Assembly (NCBI GenBank): GCA_965203805.1
Contig: OZ241917.1
Location: 5,489,643 to 5,553,642 of the forward strand
Length of the DNA stretch: 64,000 nucleotides
Origin: Candidatus Latescibacterota bacterium
GTDB lineage: Bacteria > Latescibacterota > UBA2968 > GCA-2709665
Direction: 5' to 3'
Shown here: positions 45,679 to 53,518 of the stretch, piece by piece
How the letters are laid out: each line of letters opens with the position of its first letter
Position numbering within the stretch: position 1 is the first letter of the stretch
Translations under genes and position numbers: made by a program
Notes under the pieces: generated by a model
Seen by the model: only the letters and a program-made list of their open reading frames with translations
What the model was told of the DNA's origin: nothing
The model's database searches: none

Positions 45679-46926
45679 ATGCATCCCGGTGAACCGCAGC
45701 GATATACGTTGAATAATGGAATAGAGGTCGTCGCCGAGTCCATGCCCGGCGCTCAATCCGTTGTGGTTGGGTTCCGTTTCGGCTTCGGGGCGAAAGACGA
45801 CCCTGCCGACCGGCTGGGCCTGGCCTGGGTCGCCGAAGAAACGCTTCTGAAGGGCACGTCGACGCGGGACGCGCGCTCGATCTACGACGCCTTCGATTCC
45901 CTGGGCGTACGACGCGGCTCCGCGACGGCCGTTGAATTCACGGAATTCCAGGCGCAGCTCCTGCCCAGGCATTTTACCGAAGGCCTCAGGCTTTACGCCG
46001 AAGTGTTCCGCAGCGCATCATTTCCCGATGAACAGGTTGAGGTGACGAAAGCGCTTGCGCTAGAGGAACTGAAGCGACTGGAAGACAATCCGACGCATCA
46101 GGTTATGTATATGGCCTATCAGGCCGCGTTGGGGGATCCGATGGGGCGGAATCCGCTGGGAGAAGCCCCGACGATTACCGCCATCGACCCGTCCGACGTC
46201 CGAGGTTTCTGGCGGCGGCTGTGCGGCCCGCAGCGTCTTCTGATTTCTGTGGCCGGCGGACTGAAGGCGGAAGAGATGTTCAGCGGCCTGGAGGAGGCTT
46301 TCGGCGACTGGAGCGGGTCCTGGCCGGCGCCCGGCGATCCGCAACCGGTGTCCGTGGCGGATCGGTCCGTACACCATCCCAAGGAATCCGAGCAGGCCCA
46401 CATCGGCATTCTTTTTGCGGCCGCGCCGCGGGGCCACGAGTACTACTATCCCGCCCAGTTGGCGGTGTCCGTACTCTCGGGCAGCGGGTCCAGCCGGCTG
46501 TTCACGGAGGTCAGGGAGAAGCGGGGGCTGGCGTACAGTGTCTCGGCCTCTTACCGGGCGCGTCGGGGGGGCGGTCTGATTGCGCTGTACGCCGGCACCA
46601 CGGCCGAACGCGCGGATGAAACCCTTGCCGTGTGCCGGCGTGAGGTCGGGAGGCTCGCAGAGGACGTGACGCAGGCCGAACTCGACCGGGCGAAGACCGT
46701 CCTGAAGGGTCAGTTGTTCACGACCGGCGATTTGCCGGAAGGCCGCGCGGGCAGTATGATGGACGGCCTGTTTCTGGACGGGCGGCCGCGTTCCATTCAC
46801 CAGATTGCGGCAGGGATTGACGGCGTGACGCTGGACCTGGTGCCGGCCTGTCTCGATGCGTATCCGCCGTCGCCGGCCACGCTCGTTACACTGGGGCCGC
46901 GAGCCCTGGACGTACAGCGTACCTGA
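45679..46926 (+). CDS. M16-family peptidase-like protein, non-catalytic subunit (no HxxEH)
   Basis: ORF 45466..46926 reads through repeat B in its first 70 codons. I prefer the ATG at 45679 (MHPGEPQRYTLNNGIEVV), 6 nt after GGAAGGA. WVAEE replaces the HxxEH zinc motif. Confidence 0.75.
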   Translation: MHPGEPQRYTLNNGIEVVAESMPGAQSVVVGFRFGFGAKDDPADRLGLAWVAEETLLKGTSTRDARSIYDAFDSLGVRRGSATAVEFTEFQAQLLPRHFTEGLRLYAEVFRSASFPDEQVEVTKALALEELKRLEDNPTHQVMYMAYQAALGDPMGRNPLGEAPTITAIDPSDVRGFWRRLCGPQRLLISVAGGLKAEEMFSGLEEAFGDWSGSWPAPGDPQPVSVADRSVHHPKESEQAHIGILFAAAPRGHEYYYPAQLAVSVLSGSGSSRLFTEVREKRGLAYSVSASYRARRGGGLIALYAGTTAERADETLAVCRREVGRLAEDVTQAELDRAKTVLKGQLFTTGDLPEGRAGSMMDGLFLDGRPRSIHQIAAGIDGVTLDLVPACLDAYPPSPATLVTLGPRALDVQRT

Positions 46927-46948
46927 GCAGAATGACGGGGAGATTTCC

Positions 46949-48181
46949 ATGCAGTCAATGTTTTCCACCCACACGCTCGATAACGGTCTTCAACTGGTAT
47001 TTGAGGCGATTCCCAGGATAAACTCCGCAGCACTGGGATTCTACGTTCATACCGGCTCGCGCGACGAGCCCGCACACCTGGCCGGCGTGTCGCATTTTCT
47101 GGAACATATGTGCTTCAAGGGAACGGCAAGCCGGGACTGGCGCCAGCTGAGTCTCGACGTCGACGATCTGGGTGCGATGTGGAACGCGTATACCTGGTGG
47201 GAGGGCACGGCCTATTTTCACTGGGTTCAGAGCGAACGGGCTGCGAATTCGGCGGAAATCCTGGCCGACATGATGCGGTCCACGCTGCCGGAAGACCAGT
47301 TCGACATGGAGAAGAAAGTCATCCTCGAAGAGATCTCGATGTACCGCGATCGGCCCGACGCGTTGATTATCGACGAACTGATTCAGGAAGCGTTCGCGGG
47401 CCACCCGCTCGGACAGAGCGTACTTGGCACCGAGCACACCGTCGGGTCGATCTCCCGGGAGCAGATGTCGGGATATTTCGGGGATCGATACGCGCCGGAC
47501 AACATGTCGTTCGTCGTGACCGGCAGATTCGACCGTGACGAGATGATTCGCGTGGCTGACGCGCAATGCGGCGCCTGGAAACCGAGTGAGGCGGCTCGGG
47601 AGCAGGTGACGCCGGAATTCCGGCCCTGCAGGCGTGTTCTGGAGCGTCCGAACGTGATCCGGGAGCACATCGCCATGGCCTGGCCCGCGCCGTGCGAATC
47701 CGATGAATGGGCTGCGACTGCCGATCTGCTTTCCCACTACCTGGGCGCGGCCACCAACAGCCGCCTGTTCTGGTCCGTCGTCCAGCAGGGGCTGGCTGAC
47801 GAGGCGTCGGCTGATTTCTACGGCTTCAGCGACACCGGTCTGTTCTATGTGTACGTCTCGGTCGACCCGAAGAACGTCTCGCGGGTGCTGGAAATCGTGC
47901 AGCGGGAAATCGACGCCCTTAAGCGGGGTGTGGACGGGGAGGCCCTTGCGAGGTCCAGAACGAGACAGGCGACCGCCCTCGTGATCGGGGGCGAGCACGG
48001 CCTCCGGCGGTTCTCGCAGATCGTTGGAAGCCTGAGTACCGGTACGCCGCTGAAAACACTGGAAGAGGAGCTGGCCGAGATCGACGCCGTGACGCCGAAA
48101 CGGGTCGCCGAATACCTGGAGCGTTACCCGCTGGATGGGGAAGCGGCGATGGTCGCGCTCGGGCCGTTGACATCCATTTGA
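46949..48181 (+). CDS. M16-family zinc peptidase (pitrilysin-like, catalytic HFLEH)
   Basis: Internal ATG of ORF 46856..48181 (MQSMFSTHTLDNGLQLV). GVSHFLEHMCFKGT is the HxxEH motif. Confidence 0.85.
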   Translation: MQSMFSTHTLDNGLQLVFEAIPRINSAALGFYVHTGSRDEPAHLAGVSHFLEHMCFKGTASRDWRQLSLDVDDLGAMWNAYTWWEGTAYFHWVQSERAANSAEILADMMRSTLPEDQFDMEKKVILEEISMYRDRPDALIIDELIQEAFAGHPLGQSVLGTEHTVGSISREQMSGYFGDRYAPDNMSFVVTGRFDRDEMIRVADAQCGAWKPSEAAREQVTPEFRPCRRVLERPNVIREHIAMAWPAPCESDEWAATADLLSHYLGAATNSRLFWSVVQQGLADEASADFYGFSDTGLFYVYVSVDPKNVSRVLEIVQREIDALKRGVDGEALARSRTRQATALVIGGEHGLRRFSQIVGSLSTGTPLKTLEEELAEIDAVTPKRVAEYLERYPLDGEAAMVALGPLTSI

Positions 48182-48196
48182 ACGGCGACGGACGGG

Positions 48197-49420
48197 TCAG
48201 GCGTAGCGGGCGAGGACGTCGTCGAGGGAGCGGGCGGGTTTGAAAAAGGAAAGGACGCGCAGCAGCACGGCGTCGACAATAGCGTCCGGGCAGGAAGCGC
48301 CTGATGTCAGCGCCATGCTCAAGGGACGATTTTCCGGAATCCAGTCCGTCGTCAAGGCGGTTTTTTTTGTTCCAAGGTTGAAGTGGCGGATCATGGATTC
48401 CGAACGGATCTCATCGGCGTCCTTGATGAAATAGGTGGGCATCCGTTCGAGGCAGAGCTCCACAATGTGCGACGTGTTGGACGAGTTGTAACCGCCGACG
48501 ACGAGCGCCAGGTCGGCGTCCTGGTCCACCAGGGCATAGGTCGCATTCTGGTTTTCATTGGTCGCGTAGCAGAGCGTATCCGACGTGTCGGCGTAGTGAT
48601 TTTGCAGGTTTGCCTCACCGTAACGGTCCGCGAGGGCTTCGCGGATGACCTCGGCGATCTGTCTCGTCTCGGCAGCCAGCATGGTGGTCTGATTGACGAT
48701 TCCGATGCGCTCGAGGTGCAGGTCCGGATCGAAGCCTTCGGAGCACTTGTGGCCGAATCGCGCGAAGAAAGCGTCACGGTCTGAGGCGCCCCGGATGAAG
48801 TCGGCGAGAATATGCGTCTCATCCACGTCCATGACCACAACCGTTGGCGCGTTTCGGACGCTGTGGGAGAAGGTGGCGCGGGTTTCCTGGTGGGTGTCGT
48901 TACCGTGCACGACCACCGAAAATCCCGAATCGCCCAGTTTGGCGCTGCGGTTCCAGACCCGCTCCACAAAGGGGCACGTCGTGTTGTAGGTGTAGGCGTC
49001 GATACCGCGGGCGGCAAGGGCTTCCTGGATCTCCAGGGTGGTGCCGAACGCGGGCACCACAACGATGTCTTCCTGTGAAAAATGTTCCCATGGGATGAGT
49101 TGCATTCCGTAGGGGTCGAAAATAAACTCCACGCCCCGGTCCTTCAGGTCGTTGTTGACGTTCGAATTGTGAATCATCTCATTGAGGAAATAGATGCGTC
49201 GATCCGGGTGCTCGTCCAGGGTCTTGTAAGCGATCTCAATTGCGTTTTCCACCCCGAAACAGAACCCGAAGTGCCGGGCCAGCAGAAACCGTACCGGGCC
49301 GAAGTCGAGGACCGAAGGCGAGAGGTCCCGTTTGCGCATGTCCTGCATCTGCCTGAACGCCTTTACGCGTGAGATAACAGGACTCTTGTAGAAGTCGGGA
49401 ATGTCGAACTGGCGTGCCAT
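48197..49420 (-). CDS. ispH: 4-hydroxy-3-methylbut-2-enyl diphosphate reductase
   Basis: ORF 48197..49483. I prefer the ATG at 49420 (MARQFDIPDFYKS...). RHFGFCFGVENAIE, TTCPFVERVW, and a conserved Cys triad pattern. Confidence 0.9.
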   Translation of the reverse strand: MARQFDIPDFYKSPVISRVKAFRQMQDMRKRDLSPSVLDFGPVRFLLARHFGFCFGVENAIEIAYKTLDEHPDRRIYFLNEMIHNSNVNNDLKDRGVEFIFDPYGMQLIPWEHFSQEDIVVVPAFGTTLEIQEALAARGIDAYTYNTTCPFVERVWNRSAKLGDSGFSVVVHGNDTHQETRATFSHSVRNAPTVVVMDVDETHILADFIRGASDRDAFFARFGHKCSEGFDPDLHLERIGIVNQTTMLAAETRQIAEVIREALADRYGEANLQNHYADTSDTLCYATNENQNATYALVDQDADLALVVGGYNSSNTSHIVELCLERMPTYFIKDADEIRSESMIRHFNLGTKKTALTTDWIPENRPLSMALTSGASCPDAIVDAVLLRVLSFFKPARSLDDVLARYA

Positions 49421-49493
49421 GATTCGGCTCCGGCCTGTGAATCGGACCAACCCCGGCAAGCAATGAGCCGGGGGGCCCGCCATATCCGCACCG

Positions 49494-49940
49494 CTATCGC
49501 CCGGTGCTCCCGAACCCGCCCCGGTCGGGCGCGCCGAGGGTTTCGGTCTCTGTCCAGTCGGCCTGGACGATACGGACGAAAATCCCCTGTGCGAGCCGTT
49601 CCCGGCGCTGGACGCTCACCGGACGACCTGTAAAATTGTAGACCTGGACGTGGATCTCGTCATTGGGACCCCGGTAATCCTGATCGACAATGCCCACGCC
49701 GTTCGGTACCATCAGGCCTTTTCTGTGCGGCAGGCTGCTGCGGGCTGCCAGCAGGAGCATGTAACCGGGAGGTACCGCAACGATGAGATTGGCCGGAACA
49801 AGACGAATTTCGCCCGGCGGGACGACCATGTCTTTCCGGCAGAGCAGATCGAATCCGACCGAACCCGATGTCTGATGGCGCGGCAGAGGCAGCGTCGGGT
49901 CTACTCGTCTGACCTGGATTTTCTTGACTGACTCGCTCAG
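49494..49940 (-). CDS. dut: dUTP diphosphatase (start codon non-canonical or lost)
   Basis: The ORF track begins at the ATG at 49829, but the in-frame upstream translation (S)VKKIQVRRVDPTLPLPRHQTSGSVGFDLL aligns with the conserved dUTPase N-terminus. There is no ATG, GTG or TTG in frame between the upstream TGA and 49829. A CTG at 49940 sits 7 nt after GGAAAGGAAG. C-terminal GGFGSTGR present. Confidence 0.75.
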   Translation of the reverse strand: MSESVKKIQVRRVDPTLPLPRHQTSGSVGFDLLCRKDMVVPPGEIRLVPANLIVAVPPGYMLLLAARSSLPHRKGLMVPNGVGIVDQDYRGPNDEIHVQVYNFTGRPVSVQRRERLAQGIFVRIVQADWTETETLGAPDRGGFGSTGR

Positions 49941-50256
49941 TGTCGCGCTTCCTTTCCGGGCTGGCTTGTCGACGTGTCAATGTTAACCATCGAGTCGCGG
50001 GCTGTCAATAGTTTTCCTGAAATCAGCGATGGATTCCGTCGAATCGTCCTGCCGTTATGGCTTGACTTTCCGGTACCCCGTTGCAATCATATACCGCGTC
50101 TGCGACCGGTGCGACAGCGCATACCCGCGGTACCCCGCCGGCGTCCGACGGGCGTTTCGCGACCACGTGCGGCGCGGGGGTCCGGGCGGGTTTCTTCGAC
50201 GATCCTCAAACGTCGTGGATGCAGGGTTGAAGTGAGATCCAAAAGGTGAATGAGGG

Positions 50257-52245
50257 ATGGAAAGTCGATACGAGCAATGGAAGCGTCACCTGCTGCCACT
50301 GCCTCACGAGATTGCGATCCAGGGCGATATTGAATGTCGGCCCGAACAGGTTTCGATTGCGGTAAGGCCCGGAGCGGGCGCGGTCGAGAGGCATGCGGCC
50401 GCGACGCTGGAACGCCTGTGCCTGCCTGCAGCGCAGGGCACTGCGCAGGCAGGCGCCGCCGGCAAAGGCGCGATGCCCGCGCCCGCCGCTTTCGAAGTCT
50501 CGATCGGGCTGGTGGAACGCGGTCCGGACGCGGATCTGCTGCGGGGGTTGCCTAATTGCGGTCAGGCGTATACGATCCGGCCGGAGGGGCGGCGGCGCCT
50601 GGCGCTTGCCGCGCTGTCCGAACCCGGAATTTCGTATGCGGCCCGGACGCTCTGCCAACTGCTGGAACCAATGCTGACGCCCGGAAGCATCCGCATCCCG
50701 CTCGTCTCGGTGACCGATTGGCCGGATCTGGACGAACGCGGCATGTGGAACTTTCCACCGCCGGAGGAGTGGATTCCGTGGATGGCGTCGATGAAATTGA
50801 ACTACGGCAAAATGGCATCCACGGAACTGTCCAGGGTGGCGCGAGGGAAGTCCAACCGCGCCAGGATCGACGCGGCGCTGATGGAAAAGGCGCGTCTGCT
50901 GGGATTTCACTATGTGCCGATGATCACCCATCTGAATTTCCTGCATGAACGCGGCCTGTACCGCGCCTATCCCGAGTTGGCGGGCAGGGGCGACGGGGCG
51001 CTGGCCGGGCGGTATTTCGCCCACAAGCAAGGCAAACAGCATCGAGCGCCCTGCGCATCCAATCCTCTGCTTGTGGATATATTGGCCGAGTGGATGTCGG
51101 ACATCGCGTCCCAGGGCGCGCTGGAGGTGGGCTGCTGGCTGACCGAGCGGCCCGCCCAGTGTGAATGCGACGATTGCACGTCACGCGGGCAGTTTGTGCT
51201 CGAAGCCAGGGCGTTCGTGCGCGCCTGGAAGCGGATGCGCCCCAGATACCCCGAGTTCAACATTCGCGTGTTTCTCTCGACCACGACATCTGAGCGGGAT
51301 TACCGGGTCGTGGCGGAGTTGCCGCCAGAGGTCAAGATCGAACGGGCATGCGCAACCGAAATGGAGCGCGTGCCGCACCTGCCCCGGGATCTCACGGCCA
51401 ATCCCCTTCTGGATCACCTTGCGTCGCAGGGTCGCTGGATCGCCAGCTACGACGTGCCGATCAACGCGAACGGAAGGGTGGATACACCCGAATTCAAGGT
51501 TCCGCAGTCGTCACCGCATCGGATCCGGGACTACGTGGGTCAGCTGATTCGCAGGCAATACAGCGGGGCCTACGGAATGATGGCGTGGGCCACCAGGGGC
51601 AAGGAGACGTGCGGGTACAACGTCGCGGCCCTGGCGGAATATTCGTGGAACCTGAACGGACGCAGCGAAAGGGAGTTCGCCGTGGCTTGGGCCACGCGGG
51701 AAGGGTATCGGGACGCCGACGCGTTCGGAGAATGGTCGGAACGGACGGGGCCGGTGGCGTTCGATGTCTACGATTCGGATTTCCCGATCTGTTATTCCTG
51801 GGGCAAAGCGGCTGAGATGATTCGGCGGAAAGAGCGACCGTATCTCGGCGAAGGCATGTTCCGCTATTTTGAAGATGAACCGGCCTTTGAGCGGAAGGTC
51901 GACGCGTGCCGCCAGGCAATCCGGATCGCTTCTGAATTCGAGCGTCCGCATCGCGCGAATGAGACACGCGTGGTGATGACCTACGTGGAACTTGCCCGGT
52001 GCGTCTATCGCGTCGCGGAACAGGTGGCGACGCGCGACCTGGCTGACGCTGACGTTCAAACCCAGCTTCATGCCGCGCTTGAATCGCTCGAAAAAGCAGG
52101 CCGGGACAACGTTGCGGCGATCCGGAACTGGCGGGCGGCGCTGGGACCGGAACCGTGGCACGTTCGCGTCCACGATGCGATTCGAGGTACGGAGACAACC
52201 GTTGGCGAGATTGCGGGGTTCCTTCGCGATCGATATCTGTATTAA
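50257..52245 (+). CDS. Hypothetical protein with a GH20b-like N-terminal domain (putative glycoside hydrolase-like)
   Basis: 662 aa. LLPLPHEI...QAYTIRPEGRRRLALAALSEPGISYAARTLCQLLEP...IPLVSVTDWPDLDERGMW matches the pattern of the zincin-like domain 2 of family 20 hexosaminidases. Catalytic residues not verified. Confidence 0.4.
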   Translation: MESRYEQWKRHLLPLPHEIAIQGDIECRPEQVSIAVRPGAGAVERHAAATLERLCLPAAQGTAQAGAAGKGAMPAPAAFEVSIGLVERGPDADLLRGLPNCGQAYTIRPEGRRRLALAALSEPGISYAARTLCQLLEPMLTPGSIRIPLVSVTDWPDLDERGMWNFPPPEEWIPWMASMKLNYGKMASTELSRVARGKSNRARIDAALMEKARLLGFHYVPMITHLNFLHERGLYRAYPELAGRGDGALAGRYFAHKQGKQHRAPCASNPLLVDILAEWMSDIASQGALEVGCWLTERPAQCECDDCTSRGQFVLEARAFVRAWKRMRPRYPEFNIRVFLSTTTSERDYRVVAELPPEVKIERACATEMERVPHLPRDLTANPLLDHLASQGRWIASYDVPINANGRVDTPEFKVPQSSPHRIRDYVGQLIRRQYSGAYGMMAWATRGKETCGYNVAALAEYSWNLNGRSEREFAVAWATREGYRDADAFGEWSERTGPVAFDVYDSDFPICYSWGKAAEMIRRKERPYLGEGMFRYFEDEPAFERKVDACRQAIRIASEFERPHRANETRVVMTYVELARCVYRVAEQVATRDLADADVQTQLHAALESLEKAGRDNVAAIRNWRAALGPEPWHVRVHDAIRGTETTVGEIAGFLRDRYLY

Positions 52246-52272
52246 CCGGAGGCGAACGGCGCCTTCAGGGAA

Positions 52273-52440
52273 CTAAGCAGCCCGTTGAAAGAGTCCATCC
52301 GGGCTGCGTTCGGCCCTTGTGGCCGAAATACGGCGTTGCGCTCCCTCCCCGAATCCAGGGATTCGCGTCGGTCGCGCGCCTTGTCTTCGGCCACAATGAC
52401 TCGACCTCGCCTGCAGAGCGACTTTTTCAACGGACTGTTA
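52273..52440 (+). repeat. Foldback/MITE-like repeat family B, copy 2
   Basis: CTAAGCAGCCCGTTGAAAGAGTC...GACTTTTTCAACGGACTGTTAG. It ends 1 nt before the ATG at 52442. Confidence 0.75.
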
Positions 52441-52441
52441 G

Positions 52442-53497
52442 ATGCCGATTTTGTCGCATGAAACCTTAAGAAAATGCGGGTACGCGGTATTTGTCGCCGC
52501 CGGGCTGCCGGAAGACCAGGCGCGGATTGTAACCGATCACCTCGTGGATGCGAATCTGATGGGCCACGACTCCCACGGCATCCACCGGATGCCCGGCTAC
52601 GCACGCGGCGTGAAGGCGGGGACGATCAAGCCCGCCGGAAACCATGAAGTGGTTCGGGAGACGCCGGCTTCCCTGACCATCGACGCCGGCGGAGGAATCG
52701 GCATCGTGGTGGCCAATATCGCCATGCGCATGGCGGTAGACCGGGCCCTTCGGCACACGCTCGGTGCGGTTGCGGTGCATCGGTCCGGACACATCGGCAG
52801 GCTGGGAGACTTTCCGTCCGTTGCGGCGGCGCGCGATTGTATCGGAATCCTGATATTGAACGGCGGAGGGCGGTTCGCTGCGCCCTTCGGCGGCACCGCC
52901 CAGCGGCTGCCCCCCAACCCGATCGCAATCGGCGTCCCCACCCGAGACGGCCCCCCCATGACGCTGGATATCACGACCAGTATGGTCGCGGGCGGCAAGG
53001 TGGACATCTGCCGTTTGCGGAATCAACGAATGCCCGAAGGCTGGATGGTCGACCTGGATGGAAACACCGTCACTGATCCCGAGGAATTCTACGCCGGAAA
53101 CGCGGCCATGCTGCCCCTGGGAGGCCCGGTGGGCCATAAGGGATACGGTCTGGCAATGATGATCGACGCCATCGCGGGCGGACTTTCCTGGGCCGGATGC
53201 AGTACGGAGGCGCCCACCCGGGGCGCGAGCGGATTTCTGGCATTGGCAATAAAGATCGAGAGCTTCGTGGACGTGGACGATTTCAAGTCGGAGGTGGGGA
53301 AACTGATCGATTGGGTGAAGTCGTCGCCGAAGATGCCCGGGGTTGAGACGATCTACGTGCCGGGTGAGATTGAAACGGAGACGCGAAGGGAACGGGAGTC
53401 TGAAGGGGTGTATCTGGAGGACGCGACATGGTCGGAGATCCGTTCCGTGGCCGAAGAAATGGGCGTACCGGTGACGGAATCGGGCGCCGTGGAATAA
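52442..53497 (+). CDS. Ldh_2-family (malate/L-lactate/sulfolactate dehydrogenase type 2) oxidoreductase
   Basis: 351 aa. LVDANLMGHDSHGIHRMPGYARGVKAG and GGPVGHKGYGLAMMIDA. Confidence 0.8.
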   Translation: MPILSHETLRKCGYAVFVAAGLPEDQARIVTDHLVDANLMGHDSHGIHRMPGYARGVKAGTIKPAGNHEVVRETPASLTIDAGGGIGIVVANIAMRMAVDRALRHTLGAVAVHRSGHIGRLGDFPSVAAARDCIGILILNGGGRFAAPFGGTAQRLPPNPIAIGVPTRDGPPMTLDITTSMVAGGKVDICRLRNQRMPEGWMVDLDGNTVTDPEEFYAGNAAMLPLGGPVGHKGYGLAMMIDAIAGGLSWAGCSTEAPTRGASGFLALAIKIESFVDVDDFKSEVGKLIDWVKSSPKMPGVETIYVPGEIETETRRERESEGVYLEDATWSEIRSVAEEMGVPVTESGAVE

Positions 53498-53518
53498 ACC
53501 TCACAATGGAGACCGGGT

